This document shows positions 46,764-55,758 of a DNA stretch of 64,000 nt, in pieces. The notes under the pieces were generated by a model. It made no database searches and was not told the DNA's origin. It saw only the letters and a program-made list of their open reading frames with translations. The stretch's first letter is position 1. The number at the start of each line of letters is the position of its first letter. The DNA comes from a virus: IMG/VR virus record IMGVR_UViG_3300037454_000906, positions 128,001 to 192,000 of that record. The stretch is one strand, 5' to 3'. Both the position numbers and the translations under genes were made by a program.

Positions 46764-47912
46764 TCAACCTTTCTTGACATTCAGTTCCATCACCGTGAAG
46801 GCCAGGAAGTAGAGCACCGCAAGAACCAGATACAGCGTGGTTCCGGTGAACATGTTTGCCAGCATTGGGCCGAATATCCCGCCAACGCTCCACCCGGTCA
46901 ACGTAAGTGAATGAATCCTGGACGTATTGGCCATCCCGAACCTCCGGGCAAGCAGGCTTGGCAGTACACTGAAGTTGCCTCCGTAGGCGGCCTCGCAGAG
47001 GAGGATGCCGATGACGCTCACCAGGGGGTTCCCCGTTATGCAGAATAGGGCCCCCAGGATTCCGAACGAACACACGAAATGGTAACTTGCCTTGCGCCCG
47101 ATACGGTCACTCAGGGTCGAGAACCCTATACGCCCGCCGGCATTGGATAGCGCGGTTCCCGACAGGACAGCGGCAACCGAGGCGACGCCCAGGCCGAGCA
47201 AAAGCATTTTTTCCTGGGAAATGATGGCCAACCCGCACGATATGTTCACCATGAACATGAACCATATCGCCCACCATTCCTTCCGTTTCAGGAGTTCCAC
47301 ATAACTAAATTCGGCAGCCCCATAATCCTTGGCCATGTAGGGGTACTTGCGCAGCAGGAGGGCGGAACCGGTCATCACAATCGCATATATGCCCCCCATG
47401 ATGAAGAACACCTTTGCCAACGACACGTTGGCCAGAAGCCACTCGATGACCGGGGACGCGATGAACTTCGCCAAGCCGAACCCGGTAATCGCCAGGCCGG
47501 ACGCCATCCCCTTGTGGTCGGCGAAGAAAGCCATGAGGGTCTTCACGGGGGTGACATACCCTATGCCGGTGCCCGCGCCTATGATAGCCGTGGCGGCGTA
47601 GAAGCATGGAAGGCACTGGGTGGCCACCGAGATACCCAGTAGGGCAAATCCCGCGATGAACACGACGGTGGAGATCCATGCGCCGAGACGAGGATTCTTC
47701 TCGATGGTGTTGCCAAAGATGGCGGCACACATGCCGAGAAAGAAAATGATGAGGGTGAAGCCGATATCCGTCTGGAACCGGGTGATGTCAAAGGTCCGCA
47801 TCAGGTCCGCCGAGAACTGGGACCAGCAATACACGGAACCGATACAAGTAGTGAACGCTACCCCAGGGATGGCGCAGTTTAACCATTTATTGGGCATTTT
47901 ATCCATGACCAC
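46764..47912 (-). CDS. MFS transporter, oxalate:formate antiporter (OFA)-like
   Basis: ~12 TM; GIGYVTPVKTLMAFF.DHKGMASGLAITGFG; GGRIGFSTLSDRIGRK; YGGNFSVLPSLL...FG. Confidence 0.85.
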   Translation of the reverse strand: MVMDKMPNKWLNCAIPGVAFTTCIGSVYCWSQFSADLMRTFDITRFQTDIGFTLIIFFLGMCAAIFGNTIEKNPRLGAWISTVVFIAGFALLGISVATQCLPCFYAATAIIGAGTGIGYVTPVKTLMAFFADHKGMASGLAITGFGLAKFIASPVIEWLLANVSLAKVFFIMGGIYAIVMTGSALLLRKYPYMAKDYGAAEFSYVELLKRKEWWAIWFMFMVNISCGLAIISQEKMLLLGLGVASVAAVLSGTALSNAGGRIGFSTLSDRIGRKASYHFVCSFGILGALFCITGNPLVSVIGILLCEAAYGGNFSVLPSLLARRFGMANTSRIHSLTLTGWSVGGIFGPMLANMFTGTTLYLVLAVLYFLAFTVMELNVKKG

Positions 47913-47915
47913 AGT

Positions 47916-48188
47916 TTATCGGGGAACCTCGTTGCAACGGGCCGGTTTCCCCATGGCATTCATGTATACGGTGATGCCACCCCTATGATTGCTACCCCAC
48001 CACCGGAGATACGCGATATCCGTCTTCTTGTCACAGAATATGTCGAATTCGTGAGAAATTTCGATGGTGTTGACGATACGAGTGTTGTCATGGAGGTGCT
48101 CCACGTCATCACTACCCTGACAGCAACCTGCCATCATCAATGCCATCACGGCAACAGCAAACCACATTTTCTTCATAAAAGACCTCAC
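47916..48188 (-). CDS. putative lipoprotein, DUF6440-like
   Basis: Signal peptide ...MMAGC; DKKTDIAYL...GGITVYMNAMGKP. Confidence 0.6.
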   Translation of the reverse strand: MRSFMKKMWFAVAVMALMMAGCCQGSDDVEHLHDNTRIVNTIEISHEFDIFCDKKTDIAYLRWWGSNHRGGITVYMNAMGKPARCNEVPR

Positions 48189-48547
48189 TTTTTAGGCGGA
48201 TTGTATTCGTTTAATGCCAGTCCATGGGATGATACCGCCTCGTGGTCACACTTTTCCATGGCCCGCTGGAGCCTGGCGACCATGTTCGCGATGTCGTTCT
48301 TTTCCGCGACCACGTACACCTTGTCGTCCTCCAGGTCCAGATCCCCGTCCCAGTCCCATTCACTGAATGGGTCATCGTCTTCCCCGTTCGGATCCGGATC
48401 CAGGTCGACTGCGCCAAACACGTGGCCGTGCGCGTCGCGACCGCTGGTCAACAACCAGCCAACGTCATTGTACACGTTAGGTTTCCATTCTCTGATCAGA
48501 AGCGGGCAGTCCATACTCAGGATTTCCGCCTTAGTCATTACTCTCAT
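48185..48547 (-). CDS. hypothetical protein
   Basis: 120 aa; acidic. Confidence 0.55.
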   Translation of the reverse strand: MRVMTKAEILSMDCPLLIREWKPNVYNDVGWLLTSGRDAHGHVFGAVDLDPDPNGEDDDPFSEWDWDGDLDLEDDKVYVVAEKNDIANMVARLQRAMEKCDHEAVSSHGLALNEYNPPKK

Positions 48548-48574
48548 ATGTCTTCCTTTGCCATTATCTTCGGG

Positions 48575-49663
48575 TTAAAGTTTCACGTCATACTTCTCGA
48601 TTAGTTCCTGAAGGTCCTTATCAATCGGCATCTTGTAGGTGTCGTGAAGCCAATGCACCTGCCGCTTTATAGGTTCACTCGGCGAGAATGCGCTCTCGAT
48701 GACTGTCGGAAGCAACCCATACTTGTGGATAAGCACTCTATTGACGCCTTGCGTGAGAAAATGTATCGAGTCGGGTACCTTCTGGCAGCAGATTTCATCC
48801 ACTTCTTTCGCGGTAAAGGTTTGTCCATCGTAAACGCAGGTTAACAGGTCATCACTATATTCGACATGCGGAATGCCCGGACAATATTCGCGAGCTTCCT
48901 TATATGCCGCAATGAAATTTTTGTTAAACTTGGTATTGTCACCCTTTCCAACCGTATCCCGTCTGGTGTATGCGTCAATGACACCAAGCTGGTCGTGCTT
49001 GTCCTTAAATTGCGACACATCAGGATATGTGTCATATTCCGACAGGTCAACCTTGAAAAGCGGATCCTTCTTTAGCAAGTTCAGTTCCGCCTGCATGTCC
49101 TTGGCAATTTGTGCAAATTCGTCATGGAACCCCGGTTGCCCGGAACACTTAACCTTGGGTTTATATGCTACGCGAATCTTTCCGCCGGCGCGGGACAAAT
49201 CGAAATCAATGTCGATTTCTATCCTGCGATAAATCGAATGTCCATAGCCGATGTTGCGTTCTACGTTGATGCAATAGGGCTCGATGTCCAAGCTGTCCGT
49301 CTTGGTATTTTTTGCCTTTATTCGGTCAGCGAACTTATCTATGACCTTCTTAGTAGCAATGGTATTAAAACCATGCGGATACCAGCCATATTGATACGGC
49401 GATCCATTACCGGTAGTGAAATCGGTATCGACTACATGCAGCATGGACATGCCCTTGATCCACCAGCGGACATATTCCCGGATGACATCCTGCCAGTCCA
49501 TCGCTTCAAGACGTTTCATCTCATCGGCAACACGCTTGGATAACAGGCGTACATGGTGATTGTCGTAGATATCAAAGATTTTTGGTGTCCAGTACGCCGG
49601 ATCTTCCGGTGTACGGGAATCAAAATAGACAGCCGCCTGTTTATGAAAAGCATCAAGGTCCAT
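48575..49663 (-). CDS. hypothetical protein
   Basis: 362 aa; TAATG coupling. Confidence 0.65.
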   Translation of the reverse strand: MDLDAFHKQAAVYFDSRTPEDPAYWTPKIFDIYDNHHVRLLSKRVADEMKRLEAMDWQDVIREYVRWWIKGMSMLHVVDTDFTTGNGSPYQYGWYPHGFNTIATKKVIDKFADRIKAKNTKTDSLDIEPYCINVERNIGYGHSIYRRIEIDIDFDLSRAGGKIRVAYKPKVKCSGQPGFHDEFAQIAKDMQAELNLLKKDPLFKVDLSEYDTYPDVSQFKDKHDQLGVIDAYTRRDTVGKGDNTKFNKNFIAAYKEAREYCPGIPHVEYSDDLLTCVYDGQTFTAKEVDEICCQKVPDSIHFLTQGVNRVLIHKYGLLPTVIESAFSPSEPIKRQVHWLHDTYKMPIDKDLQELIEKYDVKL

Positions 49664-50247
49664 TATTCGCCTCCCAGCACTTCCATTGCGCCGACCACTT
49701 GGTCATAATACGGTTTTAGGTCGATCCGCCTGGTAATTGGTTCATTCTTCTTGGTATTCTCGGTGATAGTGAGCATCTCCAATTTGGCCTCAGTGAACGG
49801 CCCGTTTATGTCATCCCAGCAATCCCTGCAGTATGGACATATCCATCCCCTCGTTATAGATACGTGGGGCTTTCCGCATTGGCAACAGAAGTACCCGGCT
49901 AGATCCTCAAAGACGAAACATACTTCCGAGAAGGCCTTGCCACCGGGCATCGGGGTACAGAAATCCATGCGCAGGGTGCCATACTTTTCCTTGGCATCCG
50001 TCATGTAAATCTTCCCCGGGTCCATGCCATCGGACTTGATGGCGACCGCCATGGTTTCCAGCATGGTTTCCAGGAACCACGGCTTTTGCCATCCTACTGG
50101 GATGCATGCCAGACAGGACAATGTATCACTAAAGACCGGTTGTAACCAGTCCTTCGTCTTCCCACAGTCCACCGATTGGATGAATGGATACTTCTTGATC
50201 AGCGCGGTGAAATCCGGGCGGTATGTGTCATCTGCCATGCTACGCAT
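49663..50247 (-). CDS. hypothetical phage protein (KEKYGTLR motif, CxxC...CxxC)
   Basis: AKEKYGTLR...CCQCG...WICPYC. Confidence 0.6.
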   Translation of the reverse strand: MRSMADDTYRPDFTALIKKYPFIQSVDCGKTKDWLQPVFSDTLSCLACIPVGWQKPWFLETMLETMAVAIKSDGMDPGKIYMTDAKEKYGTLRMDFCTPMPGGKAFSEVCFVFEDLAGYFCCQCGKPHVSITRGWICPYCRDCWDDINGPFTEAKLEMLTITENTKKNEPITRRIDLKPYYDQVVGAMEVLGGE

Positions 50248-50253
50248 TGGGTG

Positions 50254-50520
50254 CTAGATCCTGGCCTGGTATTCCAGCTTGGCCACGGTTACGATGGCGG
50301 CCTTCTTGTCGGCCTCGACACGGAGCGCCGCAATCTTGTCATCGGAATCTATCGTGGCCAGGATGAGCGCTTCGGTTGGTTTCTTGGATCCATCCTTCGG
50401 ACAGGACAGTTCAATGAACTTCTTCGCCTTGGCCACGCGGAAAGCCTCGTAAGCCGCGTCCGCTTCGTTAATCGCCTTCAACAGTGTGTCCGTGTTCACT
50501 TTGATTTCTTCAGGTGTCAT
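50254..50520 (-). CDS. helical hypothetical protein
   Basis: 88 aa; AAGGAG RBS. Confidence 0.55.
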   Translation of the reverse strand: MTPEEIKVNTDTLLKAINEADAAYEAFRVAKAKKFIELSCPKDGSKKPTEALILATIDSDDKIAALRVEADKKAAIVTVAKLEYQARI

Positions 50521-50536
50521 ATTGGTCTCCTTTTAT

Positions 50537-51364
50537 TTAAATGTCGATTATGCAGTCATGCATCTCAGTGATGTAGCGTTCGCCCGGGTAACCATGCGGG
50601 TTCGCTATGATGTGGACGATGCCCCCGTTGTCCTTGGTATAATCAGTCTTAAACTGATTGTGCACGTGCCCGCATACCCAGTAAGAATCGTCCGGCATTT
50701 CTTCCAAGAATTCCTTCCCGTTGAAGTAGAAAAACGGGGTATTCCTGTCGAACCGGTATTTGGCGGCCACCCCCATTTCGTAGGGGGCGAAATGGGTCAC
50801 CATGACCTTCGGTTTCTGTGCAATCAACCGGTGCATTTCGTCCTTGTAATGATTCCAGATCGTTTCCGGCTGCATGTCCATGTACCGCCAGTGAACCCCA
50901 TCGTACCAATGGCGCTTCCACATGAGATGCATGGGCGGGTCAATGTCGCACATGCCCATGCACCCGGCCACTCCGTCAACCATGTCCCCTTCGAGGAGGT
51001 GCACGTTAGGGCACTTCTTTTTCAGAAAGGCCCGCATTTCTCCAATCTTGTTTTCGGATGTCTTAAATTTCTGGTTGGATTTCGATGGGGTCGCACCGCG
51101 TACCGTAAGGTCATGGTTTCCCAGGACAATGTAGACCTTCTCATACTTGCTGGCAAGGAACGGCATGAACTGCTTAAAGGTGCGGTAGTCGTTGGAAAAA
51201 TCGCCGGCACTGATCAGCGCGGGAGTATCCGGAAGCGATACCACGTTCCACCATTCGTTGAATGTCGTGAGGCATTCATCGGCGGTATAGTCATCCTTCG
51301 CGGGAAACACCGAATACTGGTACCGGAAGTCTATGTGTATGTCGGAGAGCAGAAGAGCTTTCAT
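50537..51364 (-). CDS. calcineurin-like metallophosphoesterase
   Basis: SDIH, AGDF, LGNHD, THFAP, GHVH; start MKALLL via ATGA overlap. Confidence 0.88.
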   Translation of the reverse strand: MKALLLSDIHIDFRYQYSVFPAKDDYTADECLTTFNEWWNVVSLPDTPALISAGDFSNDYRTFKQFMPFLASKYEKVYIVLGNHDLTVRGATPSKSNQKFKTSENKIGEMRAFLKKKCPNVHLLEGDMVDGVAGCMGMCDIDPPMHLMWKRHWYDGVHWRYMDMQPETIWNHYKDEMHRLIAQKPKVMVTHFAPYEMGVAAKYRFDRNTPFFYFNGKEFLEEMPDDSYWVCGHVHNQFKTDYTKDNGGIVHIIANPHGYPGERYITEMHDCIIDI

Positions 51365-51696
51365 CAGGGAGCCCCCGTAGTGATTGTTGAGATGAATCCG
51401 CTCACCACGCCGATACCCATATACAGTGCCATGCTTGTGACGATGATTGCCAAAATCGTCTTCATGACAGTCAAGATGATAGGAGCCGGCTTGATGACGG
51501 CATACGCGAGTACGCCGCCAAATATGAATACCGTTACCACTATGACGAACGCCTCGGCGGCCTTTTCCGTATTTACTATCATTGCACTGAAAATAGCAAA
51601 CAGTATGATCGAGCAAATGGCTGCGGCTATTACGCCCACGCCATAACCTATAACCCGGTTCAATATTTTGTTGTATTTTTGAAGTTTCGAAGTCAT
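51364..51696 (-). CDS. membrane protein (3 TM)
   Basis: Strongly hydrophobic; coupled to the phosphoesterase. Confidence 0.6.
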   Translation of the reverse strand: MTSKLQKYNKILNRVIGYGVGVIAAAICSIILFAIFSAMIVNTEKAAEAFVIVVTVFIFGGVLAYAVIKPAPIILTVMKTILAIIVTSMALYMGIGVVSGFISTITTGAP

Positions 51697-51706
51697 AATA
51701 GTAAAA

Positions 51707-52174
51707 TTATAAAACCGACCGGTTTTTGTCAATGATTCCCACTCCGCATACCGTGTAATTCGTCACCTGCTCGATATTGTCGTCGCGAGTGAACGTGTTC
51801 CCGACCACATATAATGCCGGAACGGCTGTCCCCTGTTCCATCATTGCACAGAGTTCCTTTATAGTGTCAGTGTTCTTGAGGATGGCCATGTCCGCTTTAA
51901 TCATGTTTCCTTCGATTCGCAAGTTGGAAAACCCGATTGTCTTCGACATGTCCACCTCAGCCACAGCAGGCAACTCATTGGCGGGCAAATCAATTCGGCA
52001 CGGAAGAGGCCTGCCGCCCAACTCGTCAATAAGAGCCTGTGCAACTTCCTTGGACACCAGTCGCCCATTACGGTTGACTTGGTCCAACGGAAGGACATCG
52101 CTCGTGATGAAGTAGATATCATCCTCATTCGCGTGCAACTGTGCCCCGAGCATCTTCTTGGTCTCTGTATTCAT
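51707..52174 (-). CDS. possible degenerate T4 gp21-like prohead protease homolog
   Basis: DQVNRNGRLVS.E... and NLRIEGNMI.....ILKNT resemble gp21-like proteases; the DHP and SSRG catalytic motifs are absent. Confidence 0.4.
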   Translation of the reverse strand: MNTETKKMLGAQLHANEDDIYFITSDVLPLDQVNRNGRLVSKEVAQALIDELGGRPLPCRIDLPANELPAVAEVDMSKTIGFSNLRIEGNMIKADMAILKNTDTIKELCAMMEQGTAVPALYVVGNTFTRDDNIEQVTNYTVCGVGIIDKNRSVL

Positions 52175-52185
52175 GATTTTACCTC

Positions 52186-52980
52186 CTATGGCCTCTCTGG
52201 CAAGAATGTCGACCAGTCCTCAAAGGTGAACGGGTGCAACGTATCCAGCTTGCGTTCGCCGGGGTTCATGCTATCCGCATCAAGTGTTGATGCATGCAGA
52301 AGGCCATCGTATATCTCCACATTCGTCGTGACTATATGGTTGTCCTTGCTACTGTACGATGCCAGCCCGAACAGTTTCTCGTTCGGGATGTACGCATCAT
52401 ATTCCTTTTCCGGCTTCCACCACCCATTCTCCATGCATTCTTCAACGCGGCGGATATATGTACGTATCCGGTTGGTCGACAGCACATTGTGGATAGGGAA
52501 GGTGCGGTTGTCAGGGCAGTCGCTGCACGTAATCCGTATTCGCACGTTCTTGGCCAGTCCCCTGCGCACCATCTCCTTGGTGGCATACCAGTACATGTTG
52601 GCAAACAGCATTTCCGGCTCGTCCGTAAGCAGATACCGGTCGATTTCCCTCTTCACGTTACCGAAGCTGTCCGTGAACATCGAATCGCAGTGCAGGTCAT
52701 CCAAGCTGAAATTGGCATAGGCGCTGAACAGGTGAAGCGCCTTGTTGGATCGGTAGGGCACCCTACCGATTTCGAACACGTCGCTCACTTCCATCAATCC
52801 AGTTTCCTCACGCAGTTCCCTCATGGCGGCCTCGAGAGGTTCCTCGCCGGCCTCGATGTGCCCTTTCGGAATATCCCACGAATGCCGGTCGGCACAAGCA
52901 TGCCCGGTAGGATGGGATACCAGGAGACGGTCAGATCCTCTCTGGAATATTATGAACCCGGCACTTACTTCCTTGGGCAT
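52186..52980 (-). CDS. NUDIX hydrolase with uncharacterised C-terminal domain
   Basis: WDIPKGHIEAGEEPLEAAMRELREETG Nudix box. Confidence 0.88.
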   Translation of the reverse strand: MPKEVSAGFIIFQRGSDRLLVSHPTGHACADRHSWDIPKGHIEAGEEPLEAAMRELREETGLMEVSDVFEIGRVPYRSNKALHLFSAYANFSLDDLHCDSMFTDSFGNVKREIDRYLLTDEPEMLFANMYWYATKEMVRRGLAKNVRIRITCSDCPDNRTFPIHNVLSTNRIRTYIRRVEECMENGWWKPEKEYDAYIPNEKLFGLASYSSKDNHIVTTNVEIYDGLLHASTLDADSMNPGERKLDTLHPFTFEDWSTFLPERP

Positions 52981-53960
52981 CAGATTTCATCTCCCGTGTT
53001 GGAAGTCTCGTTTGGCATAATTATTTCCGGCAACTCATCCTTCTTGAGTAGGTCATTGGGGGCGTGCAGGTTGACGTGGAACTCGGCTATTTCCGACCGT
53101 ATGACGGTAAGGTCCGGGTTTCTCCTGGCTTCGTGAAGAGCCGGGAGCCGTTCGATTTCCTCCGCAGTAAACTTACGCCTGAGCAACTTGCGCTTAAAGT
53201 AAAATCCGACTATCTGGGGAGCAGTGTATTTGGACCAGAACCTGATTCCCTTATCTTCAATCATCTTCAGCTTCTCGTCTGAGTTCTTGTTCAGTAGGGC
53301 CTTGTGGGAGTACAGCGATTGGGCAACTGCAGAGATGGCGTTTCTTGTCGCATCCCTCTCTCGCCATAGCTGGTAATAGTTGACCAGGTTGTCATCGGGA
53401 ATCCCGAAGGCGCGCCCGTCGAATGCAGGGAGCTTGGATAATTTCTTGCCGGTGCTATCCTCATATGACCTGATGAACGAGGCCGTCGCCACAGAAGCGG
53501 CCAGGGAAGCCAGCTTGTGCGCCTTTCGCCCGTAGTCAAGCGATTCCTTGGGGAGCACGATAGTTATCTCGTCCGACTGGGTATACCCGTAAAGTGCAGG
53601 GAAGAACTCGATGAGACTCTTGGTCGCATCGTGCATCGCCTTCTGCATGTTCTCGTCGAACGGCTTCGCCATTTTCTTGGTGAACGTGTGGAATGTGTGG
53701 CCGTCCACACGGATGACCGGGTACATGCCATCCGGGATCACGGTATAGCCGTTGTAATATGGCCAACCAACTCTGATCCGGCAGCAACCCCTTGTGTTCG
53801 CGGGATGCCCGGCGCCGGTAAAATCGCCTTCAATGTCCTTGAAAAAATCGGCGATTGGTACTTTCTGTATCTCCTCACCAGACTTTTTATCGGCAACGAC
53901 CTTCGCTGAACCGTCATTTGTAAAATTAAATTTTCGTTTTATCCATTCAAACATTGACAT
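52980..53960 (-). CDS. thg1: tRNA(His) guanylyltransferase Thg1-like 3'-5' polymerase
   Basis: VIRVDGHTFHTFTK...PFD, GYTQSDEIT, K..S..AS..TA.F, FDGRAF, Y..WRERDATRNAI. Confidence 0.9.
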   Translation of the reverse strand: MSMFEWIKRKFNFTNDGSAKVVADKKSGEEIQKVPIADFFKDIEGDFTGAGHPANTRGCCRIRVGWPYYNGYTVIPDGMYPVIRVDGHTFHTFTKKMAKPFDENMQKAMHDATKSLIEFFPALYGYTQSDEITIVLPKESLDYGRKAHKLASLAASVATASFIRSYEDSTGKKLSKLPAFDGRAFGIPDDNLVNYYQLWRERDATRNAISAVAQSLYSHKALLNKNSDEKLKMIEDKGIRFWSKYTAPQIVGFYFKRKLLRRKFTAEEIERLPALHEARRNPDLTVIRSEIAEFHVNLHAPNDLLKKDELPEIIMPNETSNTGDEI

Positions 53961-53963
53961 ATC

Positions 53964-54269
53964 CTATAATCCATGGTATTTCAGCACCTTGCCCAACGCA
54001 TCCTTCAGATCATTGATGACGGCGAGGTTGGCATTTTGGTACGTTTCCCATAACTGCGCTATCTCGAGGTCACAGAGCATTTCGTACACGGGGTTGTTGT
54101 CCGTGCAGTCACCTTTCTCGACTATGCTCCTCATTTCTGAGCATGCGCTTTCGATTGCATCGAGTCCAGAGTTTGCCGAAGTCTCATAATCGGGCATCGC
54201 CGCGCGTATTTCGCCGACGTATCCCTCAATGTCCTGAATGTAGGACTCTATTTCTTCATTTGTTGACAT
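53964..54269 (-). CDS. helical hypothetical protein (probably leaderless)
   Basis: TTGCCA-N18-TATATT(54281-76)-N6-ATG. Confidence 0.6.
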   Translation of the reverse strand: MSTNEEIESYIQDIEGYVGEIRAAMPDYETSANSGLDAIESACSEMRSIVEKGDCTDNNPVYEMLCDLEIAQLWETYQNANLAVINDLKDALGKVLKYHGL

Positions 54270-54348
54270 ACACAAAATATAGCTAATTTTTTCAGATTTT
54301 GGCAATTTGCCTTGAAAAATTTCCGATACGCTCGCCGCCGGATATGAA

Positions 54349-55620
54349 CTACCCACCGGCTAAAGACCGGTGGGTTTCGGTAACCACCGGTGCAACCAGT
54401 TGAATTTCCCGCATCACAGCACCGCTGCTTTTTAGGTCACAAAGACGTTCATCCACAGTTGGGTTCTCCGCAAGGCATAGCGGTCGCAAGACCACGGCTT
54501 CCCCGGTTCGCGGGGTACCTTCGTTATCTAGTATTCTAAATCCTTCATCAAGTATGTTCTTGGCAGCATTCCAATCTCTATCTACTAGGCTACCGCAGTC
54601 TGGACATATCCACGCCCTTTCGCTAAGTTTCAATGTATGGTATCTATGCCCGCAGTTGTTGCATAGTTGCGAACTGGGGAAGAACCGTCCTACCTTAACG
54701 ACCGTACGGTTATGCCATTGAGCTTTGTACTCTATCATCTTAGTTAGTGTACCGAGTGCCTGATTGGCCAACGCGCCAGCAAGACAGTGGTTCTTCTGCA
54801 TTCCCTTTATGTTAAGGTTCTCCATACAGATTATGTCATAGTCACGAACTAGCCTGTGTGATACTTGATGAAGGAAGTTATTCCTTCTGTTACCCAGTTT
54901 TTCATGGGCTGTGACAAGTTGAATACGGACTTTCTCGTATCGACTGCCGCCTTTCTTCGCCTTTGCGAGTTTCCTCTGCAAATGCCTAATCTTTCGTTCC
55001 GACTTCTGTTCAAAGTGCGGATTCTTAATTACTTCTCCGTTGGACATCACGATGGACGACTTGATACCGAGGTCGATGCCCACACATTCACCGGTATGCA
55101 ACATCTCAGGTTCATCAACATCACAGCATATTGAGCAATAATAGTCGCCTTTCTTGCTTTTCTTGATTGTAACATTGTAAATTTTAACGATGTTTTCGTG
55201 TTCGAATGTCTTACCGAATCGACACTTGACTGCGCCAACTTTCGGCAGTACAATGGAATTGCCAACAATTAGTTTCTTAATATCCTTGTGGCACATAGCA
55301 TTACGGTAACTCTGTTTGTCCTTCTTGGACTTGTATCTCGGATACTTGGATTTGCCGGTAAAGAAGTTCTGGTAGGCTTGGTTCATATCCATATAGGCAT
55401 TAGCCAATCCTTGTGAGTCAGCCTCCTTCAACCATTCCCATTCTTCCTTAAACGACTTCAATTTCGGCTGGAAAGACATCTTGGTCTCTTCGTAGATATA
55501 TGACTTAATTTTAAGGCACTGGTTATACACAAAACGACAGCAACCGAAGGTCTTTGCAAAGAATACCTTCTGCGCCTTGTTCGGATATAGCTTGATTTCG
55601 ATGCCTTTTTTAACTATCAT
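54349..55620 (-). CDS. tnpB: RNA-guided endonuclease TnpB
   Basis: HTH_OrfB (FFAKTFGCCRFVYN), GIDLGIK, CMENLN, CNNCG...CPDCG, DRDWNAAKNI. Confidence 0.93.
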   Translation of the reverse strand: MIVKKGIEIKLYPNKAQKVFFAKTFGCCRFVYNQCLKIKSYIYEETKMSFQPKLKSFKEEWEWLKEADSQGLANAYMDMNQAYQNFFTGKSKYPRYKSKKDKQSYRNAMCHKDIKKLIVGNSIVLPKVGAVKCRFGKTFEHENIVKIYNVTIKKSKKGDYYCSICCDVDEPEMLHTGECVGIDLGIKSSIVMSNGEVIKNPHFEQKSERKIRHLQRKLAKAKKGGSRYEKVRIQLVTAHEKLGNRRNNFLHQVSHRLVRDYDIICMENLNIKGMQKNHCLAGALANQALGTLTKMIEYKAQWHNRTVVKVGRFFPSSQLCNNCGHRYHTLKLSERAWICPDCGSLVDRDWNAAKNILDEGFRILDNEGTPRTGEAVVLRPLCLAENPTVDERLCDLKSSGAVMREIQLVAPVVTETHRSLAGG

Positions 55621-55626
55621 ACAAAA

Positions 55627-55758
55627 ATCCTACCGGAACTGGTCCTTCCGGTAGGATACAATGTACCTAAGTACATTTTAAACTCTTCTACGACGGCAAG
55701 GACCAGTTGCCTTCGTATATCAGTTTATATATGTAGCAAAATTTCCGAAAATCGTCAA
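55627..55758 (-). promoter_or_regulatory. tnpB promoter and structured 5' leader (three hairpins; complementary loops; terminator-like hairpin before ATG)
   Basis: TTGACG(55758-53)-N17-TACATA(55735-30); hairpins 55689-55717, 55660-55677, 55627-55657; loops CUGGUCC and GGACCAG. Confidence 0.65.
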
